From Porticoccaceae bacterium (GTDB lineage Bacteria > Pseudomonadota > Gammaproteobacteria > Pseudomonadales > GM7GCV1), in contig JABJGI010000148.1 in assembly GCA_018662305.1 (NCBI GenBank), positions 1 through 62,711 on the forward strand: DNA of 62,711 nt, read 5' to 3'. Numbering within the stretch: position 1 is the stretch's first letter; each line of letters begins with the position of its first letter. The notes under the pieces are model-generated. The model saw only the letters and a list, made by a program, of their open reading frames with translations, had not been told where the DNA came from and made no database searches. A program made the translations under genes and the position numbers. Of this stretch, positions 1 to 6,474 are shown one piece after another.

Positions 1-204
1 CAGCCTACCGCGGGTGATTATGAGATCGCGTTTGATAATTACACCGCAGATTTCCCAGTTCAGGTTTGGGGATCACTCTACAAGCCCACAGGAGAAGTGG
101 TAATTGCTCCATTTAATCTCAGTGGGTCTTCCGAGCCTGTTTCCGTTTTAGGGTTTTCGATTTCAAATGAATTTGAATATCAGGAGACTTTCCGTGGACC
201 ATAA
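1..204 (+). CDS. 3' end of an ORF that begins upstream of the window; hypothetical protein
   Basis: Frame 1 is open from base 1 to TAA at 202-204 (QPTAGDYEIAFDNYTADFPVQVWGSLYKPTGEVVIAPFNLSG...). No motif recognised. Confidence 0.3.
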   Translation, partial: QPTAGDYEIAFDNYTADFPVQVWGSLYKPTGEVVIAPFNLSGSSEPVSVLGFSISNEFEYQETFRGP

Positions 205-261
205 ACTAATCATATTCATGGCTTTGCCGGATGTTATATCGGACGCAATAGGAGGGGCCCT

Positions 262-660
262 ATGAAAACTTACATTGTCGGACGAAGTGATTCTGCCGAT
301 ATTCAATTGGAAGATTCTTCAGTATCAGGTCAGCACTTGAGCATTACTCCGCAGTCAGGTCGATGGCACGTAAAGGACTTGGACTCTACCAATGGGACAT
401 TTGTGATGAATACCCAAGGAAAGCATGAGATCAAAGAAGAGACGCTAGAAGGATCAGAGCGACTGCTTTTAGGAAACTGTGTGGTTGCTCTGGCGGATTT
501 GACAGCAGGAATCCAGCCCCAGTCCCAATCTCAGCTAGAGTCAGGGGCAGGGGCAGGTGCAGGTGCACAGAAGGACACAGGTAGACAAAGCTCTGAAGAC
601 AGTGGTTTTAGTCGATATATACGGACCGAAGATGGTCGCTACGTGAGGAAATCAAAATAA
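262..660 (+). CDS. small single-domain FHA protein
   Basis: 132 aa. FHA core IVGRSDSADIQLEDSSVSGQHLSI...VKDLDSTNGTFV. AGGAGG at 250-255. Stop overlaps the next start (TAATG 658-662). Confidence 0.75.
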   Translation: MKTYIVGRSDSADIQLEDSSVSGQHLSITPQSGRWHVKDLDSTNGTFVMNTQGKHEIKEETLEGSERLLLGNCVVALADLTAGIQPQSQSQLESGAGAGAGAQKDTGRQSSEDSGFSRYIRTEDGRYVRKSK

Positions 661-1487
661 TGCTATCACATGCCGTTTTGGTCCGAATTATCGGAATAGT
701 TGTGGGTGTTTTATGGGTGGTACTCCTGAGTTTCGGGTTGCCCATTAGTGTTGACGAGTCCGGTTTCTCCTGGCATGCGTTTTTAATAGCCACTCAAGAC
801 CCCATGTATCCCTTCAATGTGCAGGTGCTGATGTGGATTGCATTCTTTTATTGCCTATCTGAGGTCGCAATAAAAAGTTTTGGACAAATTGAAGAGCGTC
901 GCTGGATGAACGCCTTCTCGCTTTACCAGAACCCGAGCGCTGTCACCGTCTATACCGCAAAGGGGGAAGAGGTTCGCGTTGATCTGGACTCCAATGAAGC
1001 CCTTAAGCCCGAGCTGTTGGCGGCAATTTTTTATGCAAAACGCAAACAGCTGAATCCCAAAGCGGCAATCACAGCTATCTTCAAAAAGATCAATCATCAG
1101 TTTCAGAGTACCAACGACGTGGGTGACGTCTACAGCGCAGTAACAGCGGACATTGATATGCGGTTGCATCAGGTAGACCTGAGCTACACCGTTATTCGCT
1201 ATCTGGTTTGGCTAATCCCCACGCTTGGCTTTATCGGCACGGTTATTGGCATTGCGCTGGCCTTAGGTCAGGCGGCTGCACTGGGAACCGGCGATCCGGA
1301 AATGCTTGAAAAAGTCATTCCCATGCTCGCGACAGCCTTCTACACAACTTTGCTGGCCCTCCTGCAATCTGCCGTGCTTATGATTCTGATTCAAGTAGTA
1401 CAGGCGAAGGATGAGCAATTGGTCAACACAGTGGGTGCCTTCTGTATGGATGAGATAGTGACTAACCTGAAACCCGGCTCAAATTAA
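660..1487 (+). CDS. MotA/TolQ/ExbB-family-like integral membrane protein
   Basis: 275 aa. N-terminal TM segments, a long soluble loop, then LIPTLGFIGTVIGIALAL ... PMLATAFYTTLLALLQSAVLMILI, which resembles the MotA/ExbB channel signature by eye. No ExbD/TolR/MotB-like partner nearby. Confidence 0.5.
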   Translation: MLSHAVLVRIIGIVVGVLWVVLLSFGLPISVDESGFSWHAFLIATQDPMYPFNVQVLMWIAFFYCLSEVAIKSFGQIEERRWMNAFSLYQNPSAVTVYTAKGEEVRVDLDSNEALKPELLAAIFYAKRKQLNPKAAITAIFKKINHQFQSTNDVGDVYSAVTADIDMRLHQVDLSYTVIRYLVWLIPTLGFIGTVIGIALALGQAAALGTGDPEMLEKVIPMLATAFYTTLLALLQSAVLMILIQVVQAKDEQLVNTVGAFCMDEIVTNLKPGSN

Positions 1488-1501
1488 TCTGGTGTATCAC
1501 G

Positions 1502-2173
1502 ATGAGTAGAATTGGCGATGACGACAAGAGTGCAACCCGCATTATCCGTAGCGATCCTACGCGATTAGTGCGCAAGTCCAAGGACAAAAAGCCCGATCAG
1601 GAAAACGCGACAGTCAAGATTAATCCTGCGTCTACGGGGAATAGCAGCAATGCACTATCTCCCGCCGAAGAGGCAACAAAAAAGCTCGACCCAGCTGTCC
1701 AGAAAAAGATTGAAGCAACTGGCAGGCGCGATCAGCCAGAGTTTATGAAGACGGGCGATAAAACCAAGGTGTTCAAGCCATCATCGGACAGTGGCTCCGA
1801 AGAAGATGTTAAAGAGAACGAAACACCTGTCGTGGGCTGGTTGGTTATTGTCGATGGGCCGGGGAAAGGGACGGCACTGGAGTTCAGTTTTGGACTACAG
1901 ACCATCGGGCGAGATTCTGGTCAGTCAATTTCCCTGGATTTTGGCGATGAAGAAATATCTCGTGAAGCACACGCCACCCTTGAATACGACCCCCGAGAGC
2001 GAAAGGTGTACCTGAGCAAAGGCGCAAACCTTGTGTACCTAAACAGCGAACGTGTAGGTCAGGGCGCAGAAATTGGTCTCAAATGGGGTGATGTCATCGA
2101 ACTCGGGGCTACCAAGCTACGATTTGTCTCATTCTGTAGCCCGGATTTTTGCTGGACGGACGGCGACGGCTGA
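1502..2173 (+). CDS. FHA-domain protein with a Lys/Ser/Asp-rich disordered N-terminus
   Basis: 223 aa. C-terminal FHA: VVGWLVIVDGPGKGTALEFSFGLQTIGRDSGQSISLDFGDEEISREAHATLEYD...VYLNSERV. Confidence 0.75.
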   Translation: MSRIGDDDKSATRIIRSDPTRLVRKSKDKKPDQENATVKINPASTGNSSNALSPAEEATKKLDPAVQKKIEATGRRDQPEFMKTGDKTKVFKPSSDSGSEEDVKENETPVVGWLVIVDGPGKGTALEFSFGLQTIGRDSGQSISLDFGDEEISREAHATLEYDPRERKVYLSKGANLVYLNSERVGQGAEIGLKWGDVIELGATKLRFVSFCSPDFCWTDGDG

Positions 2174-2178
2174 TCTAA

Positions 2179-3069
2179 ATGAAAGCAGTCTGGAGCGCAG
2201 CTCAGATTCAGGGATCACGTGATTATCAGGAAGATTTTTTTGCCGTGGTTGATTCCGACCTGGTCTATTACCGTGATCAAGAATACGAACTTGAAGAAGG
2301 CATCGCTTTGCAGGGGCAGACATTGCTCATACTCGCCGATGGCATGGGGGGAATGGGGCACGGTGATTTAGCCGCCGCTCAGATAATCGAAAATTTTATA
2401 AAGTACTACTTAGCGGAATATCAGGATACGCAGGATATTGGCGATAGCATGTTGTCCGGTATGCAGAGCGCAAATCAGATACTCACCGGCCTTGTCGCTG
2501 AAAATTCTGATTATGAAGGTATGGGCGCTACGCTTATCGCGCTGTTGTGGGATGAAGTTGAGAGCAAGATTTACTGGGTAAGCGTGGGTGACTCCATGCT
2601 CTACTTATACCCTCAAGGTGCAAAGCCGAGAAGGCTGAATGAAAAACACACTTGGAGTGAGCAGTCGGAAAAACTCGCCGCTCAGATTAGCCATCTCTCA
2701 GAAAAAGAGTTTACCGAAATCAAGGATGTGCTTTGTTCAGCTGTAGATGGCTCTGAACTGGAAATGTACGACTTGCAGACTGAAGGTATTGAAATCGGGT
2801 CAGGAGATTTTGTGCTGATAGCTTCAGACGGACTGGAAACACTGAGCCTCGATGCTATTGAAGCCTGTGTGAACGACAGTGAGCAAAGTGTGACGCCGGC
2901 AGATGTTGATACTCTAGTTGAAAGGGTTAGCCATACAGTCGCCTCGCTTATCGAGGATGTGGAGGCAGCGGGCCGGCCCGGACAAGACAATACTACGGTG
3001 ATATTACTTAGCAGTTACCAGGACGTTGATTTGAATATAAATGCAGAACAAGAGGCCGCTGCACAATGA
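2179..3069 (+). CDS. PP2C-family Ser/Thr protein phosphatase
   Basis: 296 aa. Motifs QGSRDYQEDFF, ILADGMGGMGHGDLAA, GMGATLIAL, VSVGDSMLY, IASDGL, QDNTTVILL. Confidence 0.85.
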   Translation: MKAVWSAAQIQGSRDYQEDFFAVVDSDLVYYRDQEYELEEGIALQGQTLLILADGMGGMGHGDLAAAQIIENFIKYYLAEYQDTQDIGDSMLSGMQSANQILTGLVAENSDYEGMGATLIALLWDEVESKIYWVSVGDSMLYLYPQGAKPRRLNEKHTWSEQSEKLAAQISHLSEKEFTEIKDVLCSAVDGSELEMYDLQTEGIEIGSGDFVLIASDGLETLSLDAIEACVNDSEQSVTPADVDTLVERVSHTVASLIEDVEAAGRPGQDNTTVILLSSYQDVDLNINAEQEAAAQ

Positions 3070-3833
3070 ATAAAAATATACTTATCTCGGCGTTAGTGTT
3101 TCTCGTTGTACTCGTAGGCGGGTACTTTTTGGTTGCCGGGGGTTCTTCCAGTGATACGTCGGGAAGCGGATCTGCCGGCAGCGAGACAGCTGGTGAGGGA
3201 GTGGCTAACAGCGCTGCTCAATCGACGGACAAGCCCGCGACTGGGGTAAGCACCTCAAATGGCAGTCCAGACAAGGATGCTGACGAGTTGCTTGTCGGTG
3301 AAAGTGGTTTGCCAAGTGTGCGTTATGTTGAGATTGAAGCGGGAACCCTTGTGGAATCGGTCGCACAGGCACAACAAGTGGTCGATCAACAGTCAGCGGC
3401 ACTAGGAATTGAATTTCCAGCGTCCTTAGCAGTGGTAGACAACACCGAGGACGGATTGGGAAACAGCTACTACCAAATAGACCAGTATTATTCGGAGATT
3501 CCAGTCTACGGCGCGAGTGCTCTGCTGGAAGTTCAGAACAATGAGGCAGAGTTTCTTTCGGGTATCTGGGAAGACAATATTGAGCTAGTTACGGAACCGA
3601 CCTACTCTGCAGAAGAGGCACTAACAATCGCTGCGAACAATCTCGGATCAACACAAGAGACATCTCTCGAGTTTCTCGGACAGCCGGCACTGGTTATTTA
3701 CATATCTAACCTGGATACACATCTAGCATGGCATATGAAGGCCAGAATCTTTGCCGGAAGTGACTACGAAGAGCTGATAGTGGATGCCCACAATCCCAAC
3801 TTCCTACTCCAAGTCAGTCTGGAACTTCACTAA
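3066..3833 (+). CDS. membrane-anchored protein resembling an M4-protease propeptide (FTP/PepSY-like)
   Basis: 255 aa. TM anchor ILISALVFLVVLVGGYFLVAG, Ser/Gly-rich spacer, then YYQIDQYYSEIPVYGASALLEVQNNE and AEEALTIAANNLG, reminiscent of FTP + PepSY modules. ATGA overlap at 3066-3069 and TAATG overlap at 3831-3835. Confidence 0.4.
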   Translation: MNKNILISALVFLVVLVGGYFLVAGGSSSDTSGSGSAGSETAGEGVANSAAQSTDKPATGVSTSNGSPDKDADELLVGESGLPSVRYVEIEAGTLVESVAQAQQVVDQQSAALGIEFPASLAVVDNTEDGLGNSYYQIDQYYSEIPVYGASALLEVQNNEAEFLSGIWEDNIELVTEPTYSAEEALTIAANNLGSTQETSLEFLGQPALVIYISNLDTHLAWHMKARIFAGSDYEELIVDAHNPNFLLQVSLELH

Positions 3834-5602
3834 TGAATAGGGTCCTAAACAGCACAGCCCTACTTATTTTGATGCTGGTTTCAGCGGCGGCATCTGCTCA
3901 ATACAACCTGGTTCACTTCGATATGCAGGAGACTTGTATCGCTGATTCGGTGATAAATCGACTCTACGAAGATATCGCCAGCGGAGGGGCCTCTCGTGTC
4001 GGTCAGACAGGTCAGCAGATGGGTGTGGATGTCACAGATGGCATCGGATTGAGCAGCAAGTCGCAACAATCCGTAGAGGACTTATTGTCAGTAATCGATT
4101 TCTTTGGCGAGCTGGGCTGGAATGCCGCAGGGACTTCAGAGCCAATGCTGCTGTTGTCTAATCTAGCCGACTCAACCTGCGATGGGATGAATGCCTGGTA
4201 CATGAATGTCGAAGACAGCGCGCACATCATGGCGATCTATTATGGGCATGAAGATAGCCCGGATAGCATGGCGAAAGACTATGACTTTGCCAGTCATGAA
4301 TATGGGCATGGTTTCTTTGGGCGGCATCAGCGTGCTCGTTCCCATGAGATAAGCGCATTGAATGAATCCGTATCTGACATGTTTGGGGCTGCCTACAAAG
4401 CCTGGATGACGACGGGCAAAAGCATGGACACCCTGACTGCCCGGCAAGACAGCTATTTGGTCGGCGAGTTTTGGGCGGAAGTTATGCGCGACTACTTTGG
4501 CTATGACGTAGATATTATGCGGGATATGGCCAATCCGGCTGTGGCTGGAGACCCAGACTATTACACGCGAGAAACGGCACGAAACACACCGATCCATTCA
4601 TTGGGCGGCGTTTCCAATCTGGCTTTCGTACTGATGTCGCAGGGAGGTTCACATCCCCGCGGCGCTAGCTCGATTGAGGTTCAGGGAATCGGCATTAAGA
4701 AAGCGATTGAAATTGTCTACTACGCTTTCTTTCATCGTATTCCCTTTAACAATATGCCGGAGTTCGGTGATGCGGTGCGAAAGGCGGCAATACGAATGCA
4801 CGGGCCTGAAAGTGTCGAATATCGTTCGGTAGATATGGCATTTCAAGCAGTTGGCCTAAACAACGGGCTGCCGGCAGCGGAATTGCAGCAACCACAGGAA
4901 GAAGCTGAAGAGTCGCAAAGGGAGCAAGCGCAGCCCGAACCCGAGGTTGTGCAAGAAGAAACAGCAGAAATCGAAGTAGCAGACGAAACCCAACAGGAAG
5001 AAACAGCCGCTCAGCCTGTAATAAGCATCTCAGGACCAACCTTTATGGTCATTCTTCTGGCGGCCATTTTTGCCGGCAGCATGTGCATGGTCTGGTTGGG
5101 CCGCAATCAATCAAAAACAGCCAACGCCGCAAACGAGATGATTGTTGATCATTCAGGCGAAGGCATGCTGGACATGGAAAAACGTAACAGGCCAGCGCAG
5201 GCCGATACAGGAGTCGAACCAAAACAGGAAGCATCTCAGGCTACAGAGGTATTCCGCCCCGCAAAAGTAAAAACAAGCCTAGCGGCAATTTTGACAGTTG
5301 CCGGGCAACGTTTTGAGTTAAGCCTGGATTCTGAACCATTAGAGCTTGGTCGAAGCGCTGAACTGAATCTTCCCGGTGCTTTAAAAGCGGTGCTGGCCGA
5401 GCAGGCCCACATTTCCCGAAGGCATTGTGCAATCTGGTACAAAAGCGCAACAGGCGAGCTCTATCTGGAGTCTCGCAGTGACAATGTTTTGCAATTGGCA
5501 GGACAAAGCATCGCGCCACATTCCAAAGCCAAGATTGATTTTGATCAGCCGATAGAAATCACATTGGCGACATTGATCATCACTCTCGAGCCGATCTCCT
5601 GA
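3833..5602 (+). CDS. thermolysin-like (M4) metallopeptidase domain - acidic linker - TM helix - cytoplasmic FHA domain
   Basis: 589 aa. Signal peptide LLILMLVSAAASA|Q. HEYGH (nt 4295-4309) followed 19 residues later by NESVSDMFG (thermolysin NEAISDIFG-type third zinc ligand). IHSLGGVSNLAFVL resembles the M4 C-terminal VH.NSGI.NKA motif. Linker QQPQEEAEESQREQAQPEPEVVQEE. TM FMVILLAAIFAGSMCMVWLG. C-terminal FHA LELGRSAELNLP...ISRRHCAIWYKSATGELYLESRSDNVLQLAG. Confidence 0.7.
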   Translation: MNRVLNSTALLILMLVSAAASAQYNLVHFDMQETCIADSVINRLYEDIASGGASRVGQTGQQMGVDVTDGIGLSSKSQQSVEDLLSVIDFFGELGWNAAGTSEPMLLLSNLADSTCDGMNAWYMNVEDSAHIMAIYYGHEDSPDSMAKDYDFASHEYGHGFFGRHQRARSHEISALNESVSDMFGAAYKAWMTTGKSMDTLTARQDSYLVGEFWAEVMRDYFGYDVDIMRDMANPAVAGDPDYYTRETARNTPIHSLGGVSNLAFVLMSQGGSHPRGASSIEVQGIGIKKAIEIVYYAFFHRIPFNNMPEFGDAVRKAAIRMHGPESVEYRSVDMAFQAVGLNNGLPAAELQQPQEEAEESQREQAQPEPEVVQEETAEIEVADETQQEETAAQPVISISGPTFMVILLAAIFAGSMCMVWLGRNQSKTANAANEMIVDHSGEGMLDMEKRNRPAQADTGVEPKQEASQATEVFRPAKVKTSLAAILTVAGQRFELSLDSEPLELGRSAELNLPGALKAVLAEQAHISRRHCAIWYKSATGELYLESRSDNVLQLAGQSIAPHSKAKIDFDQPIEITLATLIITLEPIS

Positions 5603-5616
5603 AGCCCCAGATAAAT

Positions 5617-6369
5617 ATGAGCTCCTCAGACAAGGTATTTGGAGCCCAGATTCAGGGCGATCGTAAATTTCAGGAGGACGCGTTTCAGATTGAAAAACGC
5701 GATGAAGGAGTGCTGCTTGTCCTTTGTGATGGAATGGGTGGCCATTCCGGCGGAAATCAGGCGAGCAAGTTAGCCATTGCTACTTTCATCGACAGTTTTT
5801 TCAGCACGAGCGACAGCTTGACTTCCCGTTTGAGGGCGGGTGTCGAAGAAGCCAATAATCGGATTCTTCAGGCGGGCGTAGAGAACCCCGAGCTGAATAA
5901 AATGGGTACCACCTTATTGGCGGTATTTGTTCAAAACAGCCAGATAAATTGGATAAGTGTAGGGGATTCGCCACTCTGGCTTATACGCGGTGGCAATATA
6001 CAACGCCTCAATGCGAACCACTCTCTAGCGGCAGTATTTGAAGAGATGGTTAAAACAGGCCATATGAGCGCCGAGGATGCAGCGACAGATCCAAATCGAC
6101 ATTCGCTTCGCTCTTCATTGTCTGGCGACGAGATCAAGTTAATTGACGAGCGTGAAACGCCATTCGAGCTTCAAGTAGGGGACTGTCTGCTACTCGCAAG
6201 TGATGGTTTGGAAACGCTCCCTGAACAGAAGATACTCGACTTGTGGCAGTCCGAGCCGGACCGTTACATTGAGATGCTTTTGGACGCAGTAGAACAAGCG
6301 GGCAAAGAAAATCAGGATAATACGAGTGCCCTATGCTATTTACTCGGTCAGACGGAGACGACAAACTAA
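5617..6369 (+). CDS. PP2C-family Ser/Thr protein phosphatase (second copy)
   Basis: 250 aa. QGDRKFQEDAF, VLCDGMGGHSGGNQAS, MGTTLLAV, ISVGDSPLW, LASDGLETL, QDNTSAL. Confidence 0.85.
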   Translation: MSSSDKVFGAQIQGDRKFQEDAFQIEKRDEGVLLVLCDGMGGHSGGNQASKLAIATFIDSFFSTSDSLTSRLRAGVEEANNRILQAGVENPELNKMGTTLLAVFVQNSQINWISVGDSPLWLIRGGNIQRLNANHSLAAVFEEMVKTGHMSAEDAATDPNRHSLRSSLSGDEIKLIDERETPFELQVGDCLLLASDGLETLPEQKILDLWQSEPDRYIEMLLDAVEQAGKENQDNTSALCYLLGQTETTN

Positions 6370-6474
6370 AAGCCTGGCATCGCTGGAGAGCGGCATCTAG
6401 AACGGCAACTAGAGCGGCGATTAAGGGGCCAACAGAAATTGATAGATACATACTAATGGCAGGTATTTTCACCT

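Noticed and set aside
660-1487. The MotA-like gene as ZorA of a Zorya anti-phage system, or as part of a Ton/Tol/flagellar stator.
   Set aside because: At 275 aa it is far shorter than ZorA as I recall it, and it has no long C-terminal tail. No ZorB/MotB/ExbD/TolR-like, nuclease or helicase genes are adjacent.
6134-6472. A 112-aa minus-strand ORF spanning the end of the second PP2C gene and the 105-nt gap before the kinase.
   Set aside because: Most of it is antisense to the PP2C gene, and it has no RBS or motif.
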